From contig CAWANH010000017.1 in assembly GCA_963783375.1 (NCBI GenBank), positions 87,163 to 151,162 on the forward strand: a stretch of 64,000 nt of DNA, given 5' to 3'. A program made the translations under genes and the position numbers. This DNA comes from Candidatus Eiseniibacteriota bacterium (GTDB taxonomy: Bacteria > Eisenbacteria > RBG-16-71-46 > JABDJR01). The notes under the pieces are model-generated. The model searched no databases. It had not been told where the DNA came from and saw only the letters and a list, made by a program, of their open reading frames with translations. Of the stretch, positions 30,238-40,943 are shown one piece after another (the stretch's first letter is position 1; each line of letters opens with the position of its first letter).

Positions 30238-33200
30238 TCACCGGCCGGCGTGGATGATCACCACCTTGCTGGAGAGCGTCCGGCCGTCGGCGCGGAGCCT
30301 GTAGAAGTAGACCCCTCCGGGAACCGGGCGGCCCGCCTGATCCCGGCCGTCCCAGCGTGCGGTATGCGGACCCGCTTCCGCGGACCCCTCGAAGAGGGAC
30401 CGGATGAACCGCCCGTTGAGGTCGAACACCTCCAGGCTGACCCGGCCGTCGGCCGCGGTGCTGAAGTCCAATCGCCCCGAGGTGCCGGACGGCAGAGGGT
30501 TGGGGGAGATCGGGGAGAGGGCGGTGGGGAACTCGACGGGGGGTGGCGGGACCGGGACGGTGAGCGCCGAGTCGCGGCAGGCGGCCCCGTTGGGGAACCC
30601 GAACCAATTCAGCACCTCACCCAGCCGGTCGGCGACCGCAGCGGTCGTGGCCGAGGCGTCGCGCCGCCGGATGACCGACAGGCCGTCCACCACCGTCCGG
30701 TAGTTGCCTCCGCTGGTGGCCCGGTTGGAGACGGCGGAATACGAGACCAGGCCCTGGTTGGGCCCATCGTAGTTCTCGTCCCCGAGCGGAGACCCGATCG
30801 CTCCCGCGTGCGTGTCGAGAACGTCGAAGGAGCGGAAGTAGGGAGTCCCGTTCCCCTCCCCGTAGTGCGTGAACCCCCGGCCGGAGGCGGTCCGCGAACC
30901 CAATTCCGGCGCCAAGGGGATGTCGGACACCGGCTCGGAAGGCGTGTTGGCGGGGCAGCCCCCGGTACGAACGGTATTGCACAGGACGTCGGTTCCGCAG
31001 TACTCGCCCAAGAATCCGGCCGTGGCCGCGTTTCCGCTCACATCGTAGGCGAGGCCGTCGCCCGAGAGGTAGAGATTCCTCGGTCCGACATTGAGCACAT
31101 CCAGGGTCAGCCATGGGATCAGGAGGTCGCTGTCCGGTTTGCGGAGCGTGTTGGCGTCCAGGCTTCCACTGTCCCAGAGGATCGCCTTGTAGCCCAGAAG
31201 CTGATAAAGGCTCGCCCCATAGGCGGACCGGAGGGGGCGGCCCAGCGTGGCCTGGTTGCTGGACGGGGCCCGGACGTCGTAGCGATCCCAGTTCGATCCC
31301 TCGAAGTTGACCGAACCCGTGCCCAGGAGCGAGGCAAGGGCCCCCTCGACATAGGGCTGTGCGCCCCGGCCGTCGGCGTCGTCCACGTAGAGAACGCAGT
31401 TGAACGTCGAGTCGGGTCCCATGGAGGAGGGCAGGCACTCCCACTCCAGGCAGTTCCCCCCGGTCGTGTCGGGGGCCGTCGACCAGCTGAGGGTGCCGAT
31501 CTCACGCGCCTTGTAGAACAGGCATACCCGGCTTCCGGGCGTGAACAGATCGTCCGGGAAGATGTCGTTCGCGAGATGGGTAAGGAGGCCGGTGGGGCCG
31601 TAGTCGGTGGGATCCACGTCGGTGTCGGTGCCGGTGAAGTTGGGATCCTGTTCGTGATAGGCGGTCATCCAGTAGCCGGTGAAGGCCACGCCGCCGACCT
31701 CGGCGGTGTCCATGCGGGCGGAGTACCAGCTCTGGCCGTCGTGAACTCCCTCGTAGGTCTGGCCGGACAGCCACGTATTCAGTTGAACGGTATTGATTCC
31801 CGGACCCGGATGTAGCGCGAACTGGACCCGGACTTCGGCCTCTCCGAGGCCCCCACGCACCACCAGCGTGTCGCCGAGCGCACTGCCGGCGACCGGGCCG
31901 GTGTCGCCGGTGATGTAGCCGGAATCGAGCCGTCCCGGGGCATCGAGCCTCAACGTTCCGTTCTCGGGGAACGCGTCCTGGGGAAGATCGAAGGGCCGAA
32001 GGGCGAGCACGGGGACGCAGGGGCTGGTGGAGACCTCGAAGCAGACGTTGTCGAACCAGGGCGTGGAGTTGGTGAACCCCGTGCACGATCCGGTGTAGAA
32101 CCGACAGTAATTGACGACCCCGAGTCCGATGCGCACCGCCTCGGCGGTCGGATCGATGATCCCGGTGAAGTCGGCCTTCGCCTGTGGCCCCCCGGACGCG
32201 CTACAACTCGGGGAGTTGCTGTAGTAGTAGACGAATCCGTTGGACTTCCAGGGGCTCGCCGCCGTAGTGGGGCCGGCCGGGCAGCTCGTGTACGGGTACC
32301 ACTGCACCAGGACCTGGGCGAAAATGTAGTTCTTGATCGGGGTTTCGGAATAGTAATCGTACTTCACGTAGTCGTATGCGGATCCCACCATGCCGGCCTG
32401 GAGGAGATCGATCCAGGGCGAGGCGGCGATGTTGTCCTGGTAGGTCCCGTGGCCGCCCACGGCGAGATCCTGGAAGACGAGGACGCTGCCCGCCATGGCG
32501 CAGGAGCCGGAGACGAGCGGAGGGGGAAGGGTGGAAAGTTCCACGATGTCCGACCAGTCCCCTCCCGCACCCGGCTGCGGCGGATCGAGAGCCCACCCGT
32601 CGCTGCCGGCCTCGAAATTGTCGAAAAAGGACAGGCTGGGAGAGGTGACCGAGATGTCGTCGACCGCGAAGGCGCCGCACGTCGTGGGGTAGCCGCCGTC
32701 CTCGTCCGATCCGGTGGCATCGCTCACGAACCGGAAGCGGATCCGGATCGGGCCGGCGACGGTCGGGAGGTCCGTGCCCGGCTTCAGGATCTTGGTGTAC
32801 GATCCGGCGGAGACCCCGGTTCCAAAGGCCACGAGCTTGGTCGTGCCGGCGGAAACATCCTCGACCTCCACCCGGATCACGTCCCGGTAATTGTCGGTGT
32901 TGAGGTTGTATTTGAAGCTGAGGGTCACGTTGTCCGTGCCGTTGTAGTTGAAGACCTTGCTGATCGACGTGTCCCAGTTGTTCCCGTAGCCGCGTCCTGT
33001 CTGATAGCAGGCGTAGGCGGCTTCGGCCGCGGTGAGCCCCACCCAGAACGACCAGTTCCCGCCGAGGCCGACGGCGCTACCCACGCAGGCCGGGCCGGCG
33101 AAGTCCGAGACGCCCATGCGGCGGAAGTAGGTCGCGCCCTGGCTCCGCGTGAGATCAATCCCGATCCATCCCTCCATCAAGGCGTGAAGTTCCTGCCCCG

Positions 33201-33684
33201 GTGGGGCAGGGTTGGTCGGCGAACCGTACTTGTACGGGTCCACGCCGGGCGTCGAGTAGTTGAAGCTCGACCCCACCCCCGAATCGAACGTCCACATCCC
33301 TCCTGAGACGGCTTCCCAGCGCGCTTCGGTGGCATCCCAGATCGTTCCCCCGAAGCAAGTGCTGCCGCTCACGTTCAGGACGCCCTCGGGGGATTGAGCC
33401 GTGCCGGGGAGGGCCTGGTTGTCGGGGTCCACCAGCTGGATCGCGCGCCCCCGGGGTGGTTTGATCGCCGCGGCCTCCGTCCGGCGGACTCCCGGCCCCT
33501 CCAACTGCATCACCGTCACGAATGAAAGCACAGCCAGGAGAAAGCCCCATCGCCGGGACCCGAATCCCCGGCCACATCCGGTCGGACGGGGTTCCATCCG
33601 GTACGAGTGAACCCGGGTCGTGGGGAGGATGGCCGGACCGGGACGGGTGGCGTTCGGGCGCACGAACGGGATGGGGCTCGGCAT
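30238..33684 (-). CDS. Large secreted Cys-rich protein with C-terminal FlgD Ig-like domain
   Basis: AAGGAGG RBS; hydrophobic signal segment; IRFRFVSD...VDDI jelly-roll motif; C-term PNP...VFDLNGR.IRSL...WDGRD..G..V.GGVYFYRL. Confidence 0.85.
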   Translation of the reverse strand: MPSPIPFVRPNATRPGPAILPTTRVHSYRMEPRPTGCGRGFGSRRWGFLLAVLSFVTVMQLEGPGVRRTEAAAIKPPRGRAIQLVDPDNQALPGTAQSPEGVLNVSGSTCFGGTIWDATEARWEAVSGGMWTFDSGVGSSFNYSTPGVDPYKYGSPTNPAPPGQELHALMEGWIGIDLTRSQGATYFRRMGVSDFAGPACVGSAVGLGGNWSFWVGLTAAEAAYACYQTGRGYGNNWDTSISKVFNYNGTDNVTLSFKYNLNTDNYRDVIRVEVEDVSAGTTKLVAFGTGVSAGSYTKILKPGTDLPTVAGPIRIRFRFVSDATGSDEDGGYPTTCGAFAVDDISVTSPSLSFFDNFEAGSDGWALDPPQPGAGGDWSDIVELSTLPPPLVSGSCAMAGSVLVFQDLAVGGHGTYQDNIAASPWIDLLQAGMVGSAYDYVKYDYYSETPIKNYIFAQVLVQWYPYTSCPAGPTTAASPWKSNGFVYYYSNSPSCSASGGPQAKADFTGIIDPTAEAVRIGLGVVNYCRFYTGSCTGFTNSTPWFDNVCFEVSTSPCVPVLALRPFDLPQDAFPENGTLRLDAPGRLDSGYITGDTGPVAGSALGDTLVVRGGLGEAEVRVQFALHPGPGINTVQLNTWLSGQTYEGVHDGQSWYSARMDTAEVGGVAFTGYWMTAYHEQDPNFTGTDTDVDPTDYGPTGLLTHLANDIFPDDLFTPGSRVCLFYKAREIGTLSWSTAPDTTGGNCLEWECLPSSMGPDSTFNCVLYVDDADGRGAQPYVEGALASLLGTGSVNFEGSNWDRYDVRAPSSNQATLGRPLRSAYGASLYQLLGYKAILWDSGSLDANTLRKPDSDLLIPWLTLDVLNVGPRNLYLSGDGLAYDVSGNAATAGFLGEYCGTDVLCNTVRTGGCPANTPSEPVSDIPLAPELGSRTASGRGFTHYGEGNGTPYFRSFDVLDTHAGAIGSPLGDENYDGPNQGLVSYSAVSNRATSGGNYRTVVDGLSVIRRRDASATTAAVADRLGEVLNWFGFPNGAACRDSALTVPVPPPPVEFPTALSPISPNPLPSGTSGRLDFSTAADGRVSLEVFDLNGRFIRSLFEGSAEAGPHTARWDGRDQAGRPVPGGVYFYRLRADGRTLSSKVVIIHAGR

Positions 33685-33724
33685 GGGGGGCCTCCTTGAG
33701 CGTAGATTGCGCTTGGGCGGCGGG

Positions 33725-33806
33725 TATACTCCGTATAATGATCAACTTAGTCATGTTTGAATGAATGTCAAGCTCGTTCAGGAGAACATTCACATTCGAC
33801 ATTTGT
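33725..33806 (-). promoter_or_regulatory. AT-rich promoter/operator region of the FlgD-domain gene
   Basis: TTGACA on the minus strand (~33766-33771) flanked by repeated ACATT(C)/GAATG(T) motifs in both orientations. Confidence 0.5.
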
Positions 33807-33958
33807 CCTCGGAAGCCTGACATATGGGCGGGGATGGATGTGCGCTCTGGGATACCGGCATGACAGGAAGAGAAAATTCGCGCAAGGGGGGCGTTAGCAA
33901 CGGGATGGGCCGGGCGTAGAATCCGGCGGGGAATCGGGGGCGTGGGCCGGGCCCGGGA

Positions 33959-35878
33959 TTACTCCCTGCCGCGGTTTTCGCCGTCGGCCATCGCCGCCAG
34001 GACCGGGCTCCTGTCCTTCCCCCCCGTCTCCATCGACCGCGCCCAGGCCAGCCACTCGGCCAGGACCACCACCGCCCAGATGGCCCGGGCGTGGTCGGCG
34101 CGTCGCTCGTCGTGCTCGCGCAGCAGCTCCAGCGCGGCCTCGGGGCGGATGCCCACCGCGGCGAGGCCGGGATCGCCCAGCCGCTCCGCCGCCCAGTCAT
34201 GGAGATCCTCGCGAAGCCAGCGGGCCAGGGGGACGGAGAGCCCGCGCTTCTTCCGGTGGACCACGTTTCGGGGCAGGTATCGAAGGGCGTAGCGCTTGAG
34301 GAACGCCTTGGTGGTGATCCGGCGCACCCGCTCGGGTTCGGGGAGGGTGGCCGCGAACTCCATCACGTCCCGGTCCAGGAACGGCGCCCGGAGTTCGACC
34401 GCCGAGGTCATGCTGGCGCGGTCCGCCTTGGTCAGGAGTCCCTCGGCCAGGCCGTGCTCCAGGTCGTAGAGCTGGACCGTGTCCAGGATCGAGTCCCGGC
34501 CCTCGGCTTCGAACGTGGGGGGCTCGACACCGAGCCGGCGGATCAGCTCCGGAGAGACCGCCGAGGTCCAGAGCGCGTGGCGTTCCAGCCCGTCCATCTC
34601 CGCCCCGGCCACGAACTTCTTCAGCAGGAAGGAGAGGGTCACCTTCTTGTCGCTGGGCGGCCAGGCCTCCACCGCCCGGCGGATGGGAGCCTTGAGCCAA
34701 CCGGGGAGTCCGGCGTAGCGTCCGGCGGCCAGCGCTCCGATGTAGGTCGGGTACCCGCCGAAGAGCTCGTCCGAGCCCTCGCCCACCAGCGCGACCTTCA
34801 CGTCCTCGGCGGCCCGGCGGGCCAACAGCGCGGTGGGGATCCAGGCCGGATCGGCCAGGGGCTCGCCCACGAGGCGAATCACGCGTCTCAGCTCGTCGGG
34901 GAAATGCTTCGGCTCCACCCACACCGTGACCGCTTCGGCCCCTACCTGGCGCGCCACCTGGGCCGCGACCTCCCCTTCGTCGTAGGACGCCTCGGAGAAC
35001 CGGAGGGTGAAGGCCCGGAGCCGGACCTCCGGGCGGACGGACCGGGCCACCGCCGCCACCAGGGACGAATCGATGCCGCCGCTCAGGAAGACGCCGAAGG
35101 GCACGTCGTTCTCGGTCTGGCGTCGCACCGATTCCCGGAAGATCGCGTCGAACCGCTCCAGGGAGGGCGGCTCCTTCTTCACCAGCCCCAGCGGCCAGCT
35201 CCAGTAGGGGATGCTTCGCGCCTCGGAGTCCTCCAGGAGCACCCGGTGCCCGGGGCGTACCTTTCTCACCTCACGGAACGGGGTGAGGGGGGAGGCGAAG
35301 CACCCGAAGCGGAGGTAGGAAGCCAGCGCTCCGGGATCGGGAGTGAGGTGGAGGGAGGGGTCCACGGCGAGGGCGGCGATCTCGGTGGCGAAGGTCCAGC
35401 CGTCGATCGCCCGCGCGTAGAAGAGGGGCCGCTCGCCGGCCCGGTCGCGGGCCAGGAGAAGCCGGCGGCGTCGCGGGTCCCAGACCGCGATGGCGAAGGC
35501 CCCCACCAGCTTCGATACGAACTCCTCGCCGAACTCGAGGTAGAGGGGAAGCACCACCGCCACGTCGGTGGCGTAGGGCACCGAACGGCCGCGGGAGGCG
35601 AGAAGCTCCCGGAGCTCCGGGTGGTTGTCCACCTCGCCGTTCACCACCGCCAGCACGCCGGTCTCGGGATCCAGGAAGGGTTGGTGTCCGTCGCCGAGGC
35701 CTCGGATGGCGAGCCGGGTGGCCCCGAGGAGCGCGCCGCCTCTTCCCCCCGCGTCGCCGCCCCCCCCCATCCCCGAGTCGTCGGGACCGCGGTGGGCCAG
35801 GGCGGACACCATCGCCTCCACCCGGCGGCCGTCCTCCGGGGGGGTTCGGTGGGTGACCACGCCGCAGATCCCGCACAT
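33959..35878 (-). CDS. asnB: Asparagine synthase (glutamine-hydrolysing)-family amidotransferase
   Basis: MCGICG N-terminal nucleophile, HRGPD, NGE, LSGGIDSS, GEGSDELFGGY, R.PFLD. Confidence 0.92.
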   Translation of the reverse strand: MCGICGVVTHRTPPEDGRRVEAMVSALAHRGPDDSGMGGGGDAGGRGGALLGATRLAIRGLGDGHQPFLDPETGVLAVVNGEVDNHPELRELLASRGRSVPYATDVAVVLPLYLEFGEEFVSKLVGAFAIAVWDPRRRRLLLARDRAGERPLFYARAIDGWTFATEIAALAVDPSLHLTPDPGALASYLRFGCFASPLTPFREVRKVRPGHRVLLEDSEARSIPYWSWPLGLVKKEPPSLERFDAIFRESVRRQTENDVPFGVFLSGGIDSSLVAAVARSVRPEVRLRAFTLRFSEASYDEGEVAAQVARQVGAEAVTVWVEPKHFPDELRRVIRLVGEPLADPAWIPTALLARRAAEDVKVALVGEGSDELFGGYPTYIGALAAGRYAGLPGWLKAPIRRAVEAWPPSDKKVTLSFLLKKFVAGAEMDGLERHALWTSAVSPELIRRLGVEPPTFEAEGRDSILDTVQLYDLEHGLAEGLLTKADRASMTSAVELRAPFLDRDVMEFAATLPEPERVRRITTKAFLKRYALRYLPRNVVHRKKRGLSVPLARWLREDLHDWAAERLGDPGLAAVGIRPEAALELLREHDERRADHARAIWAVVVLAEWLAWARSMETGGKDRSPVLAAMADGENRGRE

Positions 35879-36216
35879 GTCGCAGTCGCCTCCAGGGAGA
35901 GCCGGGGCGGGGCACGGGCGGCCCCGGCTCCCGGGCACGCCCGACCGGCCGCGGGGGCGACCGTAAGCGACCATGATGATTCCATCTGCCGGCTCGGGGA
36001 GCAAGCTCCGCGAAGGGTCTTCCGTTCCGCGGCCCCGGACCGGCGGGTTTGACGAAATCGTTCCGGGTGTGGTTGGCTAGTTGGACGCGCCTCCGGGAAA
36101 TTGGATTGACCCCGGCGGCCGTGAATTTCGGCACTCGTTAAGAACTCGTACTGGCCCTGGCCATTCATGGGGCGGTGTCGTGAGGCGGAGGGGGCGTCCG
36201 CGGCGGATGCGGACCC

Positions 36217-36639
36217 ATGAGTGTTCCCGGGCATGGGGAGGTCCGAACCTTGACTCCCTGGCCTCTGGCCGTCTACTTCGTCGCGGTGATCGCCCTGGTC
36301 GGCATCATGATCGGCTTGGCGCACGTGCTCGGCGAACGCCACCGGGACCGCGCCACCGGCGAGCCCTACGAATCCGGCATCGTCTCCACCGGTTCGGCCC
36401 GCATCCGCTTCTCCGCCCACTTCTACCTCGTGGCCATGTTCTTCGTGGTGTTCGACCTGGAGGCGGTGTTCCTCTTCGCCTGGGCGGTCGCCGCCCCCGA
36501 ACTGGGGTGGCCCGGCTACATCGAGGTCCTGGTGTTCGTCGGGATCCTCCTGGCCGCCCTGATCTACCTCTGGAAGGTCGGGGCCCTGGAATGGGGCACC
36601 GCCCGGCGGGTGAAGACCCGGGCCAAGGGACTCCTCTGA
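36217..36639 (+). CDS. nuoA: NADH-quinone oxidoreductase subunit A
   Basis: [24 protein letters not shown]. Confidence 0.96.
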   Translation: MSVPGHGEVRTLTPWPLAVYFVAVIALVGIMIGLAHVLGERHRDRATGEPYESGIVSTGSARIRFSAHFYLVAMFFVVFDLEAVFLFAWAVAAPELGWPGYIEVLVFVGILLAALIYLWKVGALEWGTARRVKTRAKGLL

Positions 36640-36643
36640 ACCG

Positions 36644-37309
36644 ATGAAGTGGTGGATCTCCAGACCGGATGACGGCGCCTCGCCCGGGAGCCCCCGGCCC
36701 AGTTCCAATCCCTCGATCGAGGAGCAGGTGAAAGAGACCCTGGTCCTGGGAAAGCTGGACCAACTCGTGGCCTGGGGGCGGAAGAACTCCATGTGGCCGT
36801 TCTCCTTCGGGCTTTCCTGCTGCTTCGTGGAGATGGCCACCAGCCTCACCAGCAAGTACGACATCGCCCGCTACGGCGCCGAGGTCATCCGGGGGACGCC
36901 GCGGGAAGCCGACGTGATGGTGATCGCGGGCACGGTGTTCATGAAGATGGCCCCCATCGTGCAGCGCCTCTACGAGCAGATGATGGCGCCGCGGTGGGTC
37001 ATCTCGATGGGATCCTGCGCCAATTCCGGGGGCATGTACGACATCTACAGCGTGGTCCAGGGGGTGGACAAGTTCCTTCCCGTGGACGTCTACGTTCCCG
37101 GTTGCCCCCCCCGTCCCGACGCGTTCATGGAGGGGCTCCTGCTTCTGCAGAAGGCGGTGGGAAGCGAGAGGCGCCCCCTCTCCTGGGTGGTGGGTCCCCA
37201 GGGCGTGCACCGTCCGCCGATGCCGTCGAACCGGGATCTGAAGCGGGCGGAGCGGGCGGGGGCGACCGACCTGACCTCTCCGGACGAGAGCAAGCGGGAG
37301 ACGCCATGA
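36644..37309 (+). CDS. nuoB: NADH-quinone oxidoreductase subunit B
   Basis: [27 protein letters not shown]. Confidence 0.97.
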   Translation: MKWWISRPDDGASPGSPRPSSNPSIEEQVKETLVLGKLDQLVAWGRKNSMWPFSFGLSCCFVEMATSLTSKYDIARYGAEVIRGTPREADVMVIAGTVFMKMAPIVQRLYEQMMAPRWVISMGSCANSGGMYDIYSVVQGVDKFLPVDVYVPGCPPRPDAFMEGLLLLQKAVGSERRPLSWVVGPQGVHRPPMPSNRDLKRAERAGATDLTSPDESKRETP

Positions 37310-37337
37310 GGGAAGCGGGGAAAGGCGAGCGCGTACG

Positions 37338-39125
37338 ATGAGCACCGATCTTCCGGAAATCGCCGAGCCCCGGCGGGGCGGGAAGTATCCCGGCCCCATC
37401 GAGGATCTGAAGCGGCGGTTTCCGCAGACGGCGTTTCGCGAGCAGGAGACCCGGGACGAGGTGCCCACCTACTGGGTCCCCCGGGAGGCCCTCCCCACGG
37501 TCGCGCGTTTCCTGAAGGAGGAGGTCCCGAAGCCGTACCGGATGCTCTACGACCTCACCGCGGTCGACGAGCGGATGCGGACCCGGCGCGAGCCCGGCGA
37601 CGAAGGCGACTTCACCGCCGTCTACCACCTCCTCTCCTTCGAGCGGAACGCCGACGTCCGGCTCAAGGTGGCGCTCGCCGGAGACGCCCCGAGCCTGCCC
37701 ACGGTGACCGGGGTGTGGCCGGCGGCCAACTGGTACGAGCGGGAGGTATGGGACCTCTTCGGGATCACCTTCGACGGCCATCCCAACCTCCGGCGGATCC
37801 TGCTTCCTCCCACCTGGAAGGGCCATCCGCTTCGCAAGGACCATCCCGCCCGGGCCACCGAGATGGGCCCCTACCGGCTCTGGCCGGAGAAGGAGGACGA
37901 GGAGCAGGAGGCGCTCCGCATGAAGCCCGAGGAGTGGGGGATGGAGCGGGCCAACGACGACACCGAGTTCCTGTTCCTGAACCTCGGACCCCAGCACCCG
38001 GGAACCCACGGGGTGCTCCGGATCTTCCTCCAGCTGGACGGGGAGGAGATCGTGGACGCGGTCCCGGACATCGGCTACCACCACCGCGGGGCGGAGAAGA
38101 TGGGGGAGCGCCAGAGCTGGCATTCCTTCATCCCCTACACCGACCGGATCGACTATCTGGGGGGGGTGATGAACAACCTCCCCTATGTTCTCGCGGTGGA
38201 GAAGCTGGCCGGGATCGAGGTTCCGCCCCGGGCCCAGGTGATCCGGGTCATGATGTGCGAGTTCTTCCGGCTGGCCAGCCACCTGGTGTGGTACGGCACC
38301 TTCGCCCAGGACCTGGGAGCGCTCTCCCCGGTGTTCTTCATGTTCAGCGACCGCGAGCGGATCTTCGATATCGTGGAGGCGGTCTGCGGGGGGCGGATGC
38401 ACCCGAGCTGGTTCCGGATCGGGGGTACCGCCCAGGATCTTCCCCGGGGCTGGGACACGATGGTGCGGAACTACCTCGACTACCTCCCCCGGCGGCTTCG
38501 CGAGTACGACGGCATGGTCATGAAGAACGGCATCTTCAAGGACCGCACCCTGGGGATCGGGGCCTACGACACCCGGACCGCGATCGAGTGGGGGGTGACC
38601 GGGCCCGGGCTCCGGGCCACCGGGATGGAGTGGGACTTCCGCAAGGCGCGCCCCTATTCGGGCTACGAGCAGTTCGACTTCGAGATCCCCACCGCCACCC
38701 ACGGCGACTGCTACGACCGGGCGGTGGTGCGGGTGGAGGAGATGCGCCAGAGCCTTCGGATCATCGAGCAGTGCCTCGACAACATGCCCGAGGGCCCCTA
38801 CAAGTCCGACCACCCCCTGGCCACCCCGCCCGACAAGGCCCGGACCATGCACGACATCGAAACCCTGATCACTCACTTCCTGGGGGTGAGCTGGGGACCG
38901 GTGATCCCCCCGGGCGAGGCCTTCCAGGGGATCGAGGCGTCGAAGGGGAACAACGGCTACTACCTGACCTCGGACGGCGGGGTGCACTCCTACCGGACGC
39001 GCATCCGCACCCCCTCGTTTCCCCACCTGCAGATGCTCCCGGCGATCGCCCGGGGGCTCATGGTGCCCGACCTGTTGGCCATCCTGGGCGCCATGGACTT
39101 CGTGCTGGCCGACGTGGACCGCTAG
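37338..39125 (+). CDS. nuoC: NADH-quinone oxidoreductase fused subunit C/D
   Basis: WYERE..D.FG...GHPLRKD followed by [22 protein letters not shown], terminal DVDR. Confidence 0.97.
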   Translation: MSTDLPEIAEPRRGGKYPGPIEDLKRRFPQTAFREQETRDEVPTYWVPREALPTVARFLKEEVPKPYRMLYDLTAVDERMRTRREPGDEGDFTAVYHLLSFERNADVRLKVALAGDAPSLPTVTGVWPAANWYEREVWDLFGITFDGHPNLRRILLPPTWKGHPLRKDHPARATEMGPYRLWPEKEDEEQEALRMKPEEWGMERANDDTEFLFLNLGPQHPGTHGVLRIFLQLDGEEIVDAVPDIGYHHRGAEKMGERQSWHSFIPYTDRIDYLGGVMNNLPYVLAVEKLAGIEVPPRAQVIRVMMCEFFRLASHLVWYGTFAQDLGALSPVFFMFSDRERIFDIVEAVCGGRMHPSWFRIGGTAQDLPRGWDTMVRNYLDYLPRRLREYDGMVMKNGIFKDRTLGIGAYDTRTAIEWGVTGPGLRATGMEWDFRKARPYSGYEQFDFEIPTATHGDCYDRAVVRVEEMRQSLRIIEQCLDNMPEGPYKSDHPLATPPDKARTMHDIETLITHFLGVSWGPVIPPGEAFQGIEASKGNNGYYLTSDGGVHSYRTRIRTPSFPHLQMLPAIARGLMVPDLLAILGAMDFVLADVDR

Positions 39126-39195
39126 GAAGGATGAGCGCGGTGACGGGCGCGCGAGCCGCGGAAACGCGGGAAAGGAGGAGGAGAACCGAGCCGCC

Positions 39196-39660
39196 ATGCT
39201 GAGCCCGGATGAGATGCGGGAGATCGATCGCGAGATCGAGATCCTCCCCCAGAGGAAGAGCGCCTGCATCGAGGCCCTGAAGGTGGTCCAGCGCCACCGT
39301 CGCTGGGTGGCCGACGACGGGGTGACGGACGTCGCCGCCTACCTCGGCATGACCGCGGAGGAGGTGGACAACGTGGCCACCTTCTACAACCTCATCTACC
39401 GGAAGCCGGTGGGACGCCACGTGATCCACGTCTGCGACAGCGTGAGCTGCTGGATCGTGGGCTACCGGCCGCTTCTCGCCGCCCTCCGGGAGAGCCTGGA
39501 GGTCGGCCTCGGAGAGACGACCGCCGACGACCGGTTCACCCTGCTCCCCATCCCGTGCCTGGGCACCTGCGACCGCGCCCCCGCCATGATGGTGGACGGC
39601 GACCTCCACCGGGACATCGACCCCGCCCGGGTGGGGGAGATCCTGGAGCGATACGAGTAG
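39196..39660 (+). CDS. nuoE: NADH-quinone oxidoreductase subunit E
   Basis: VATFY, CDSVSC, CLGTCDRAP. Confidence 0.96.
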   Translation: MLSPDEMREIDREIEILPQRKSACIEALKVVQRHRRWVADDGVTDVAAYLGMTAEEVDNVATFYNLIYRKPVGRHVIHVCDSVSCWIVGYRPLLAALRESLEVGLGETTADDRFTLLPIPCLGTCDRAPAMMVDGDLHRDIDPARVGEILERYE

Positions 39661-39662
39661 CC

Positions 39663-40943
39663 ATGGACAAGCCGTTGACCCGGACCATCGATCCCTCCCG
39701 AGGACCCCTGGATCTCAAGGGGTACGAGAAGGTGGGGGGCTACGAGGCGGTGCGAAAGGCCCTGGGATCGATGTCGCCCCGGGAGGTGACCCAGGCGGTG
39801 AAGGACTCGAACCTCCGCGGACGCGGAGGAGCCGGGTTCCCGACCGGGATGAAGTGGAGCTTCGTCCCCATGGGCGACGACGTTCCCCGGCCCAAGTACT
39901 TCGTGGCCAACGCCGACGAGATGGAGCCGGGGACGTTCAAGGACCGGCTCCTGATGGAAGAAGCCCCGCACCTCTTCCTGGAGGGGATGATGCTCGGGGC
40001 CTACGCGATCCAGGCGGATGTGGCCTACATCTTCCTCCGCTGGGCCTACCGGGAATCGGAGCGGACGCTCCGGAAGGCCATCGCCGAGGCCTACGCGGCG
40101 GGATACCTGGGGAAGAACATCCGGGGATCGGGCTACGACCTGGAGCTCCACATCCACGTGAGCGCGGGGCGCTACATGTGCGGTGAGGAGACCGGGCTCC
40201 TGAACGCGCTCGAAGGGAAGCCGGCCAACCCGCGGGCCAAGCCCCCCTATCCCCAGGTTTCGGGCCTCTGGGGGAAGCCCACCATCGTCAACAACGTGGA
40301 GACCCTCTGCAACCTGGGGCCGATCGTGGTGAACGGGGGGGAGTGGTTCAAGGGGCTGGGCCTCACCAAGGACGGCGGGACCAAGCTCTACGGGGTGAGC
40401 GGTAAGGTCAAGCGCCCCGGTCTCTGGGAGCTTCCCATGGGGACCCCGGCCCGGGAGATCATCATGGAGCGCGCCGGGGGGATGCGGGACGGGCTCACGT
40501 TGCGCGGATTTCTCCCCGGCGGCGCCTCGACCGACTTCATGACCCACGAGCATCTCGACACCCCCATGGACTTCGACGGCCCCACCCAGGTGGGAAGCCG
40601 GCTCGGGACCGGCACCATGATCGTGATGGACGACCGGACCTGCCCGGTGGCGATGTGCGCGAACCTGATGCAGTTCTTCGGCCAGGAGTCCTGCGGTTGG
40701 TGCACCCCCTGCCGGGACGGCCTCCCGTGGACGGCCAAGCTGCTCCAGGCCATCGACGACGGCCACGGGAAGATGGAGGACCTGGACCGGCTGGAGCTTC
40801 ACTCCCGCTTCCTGGGACCCGGGAACACCTTCTGCGCCCTGGCCCCCGGGGCGGTGGAGCCGCTCCAGAGCGCGCTCAAGCACTACCGCGCCGACTTCGA
40901 GCGCCACATCACCGAGAGGCGCTGCCCCTGGAGGACGAGCTGA
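39663..40943 (+). CDS. nuoF: NADH-quinone oxidoreductase subunit F
   Basis: GRGGAGFPTG.KW, NADEMEPG, Y.CGEET, ESCGWCTPCR. Confidence 0.97.
   Translation: MDKPLTRTIDPSRGPLDLKGYEKVGGYEAVRKALGSMSPREVTQAVKDSNLRGRGGAGFPTGMKWSFVPMGDDVPRPKYFVANADEMEPGTFKDRLLMEEAPHLFLEGMMLGAYAIQADVAYIFLRWAYRESERTLRKAIAEAYAAGYLGKNIRGSGYDLELHIHVSAGRYMCGEETGLLNALEGKPANPRAKPPYPQVSGLWGKPTIVNNVETLCNLGPIVVNGGEWFKGLGLTKDGGTKLYGVSGKVKRPGLWELPMGTPAREIIMERAGGMRDGLTLRGFLPGGASTDFMTHEHLDTPMDFDGPTQVGSRLGTGTMIVMDDRTCPVAMCANLMQFFGQESCGWCTPCRDGLPWTAKLLQAIDDGHGKMEDLDRLELHSRFLGPGNTFCALAPGAVEPLQSALKHYRADFERHITERRCPWRTS

Noticed and set aside
33959-35878. asnB as a lasso-peptide cyclase
   Set aside because: It has an intact Cys-initiated glutaminase domain, and no B protein or precursor peptide is nearby
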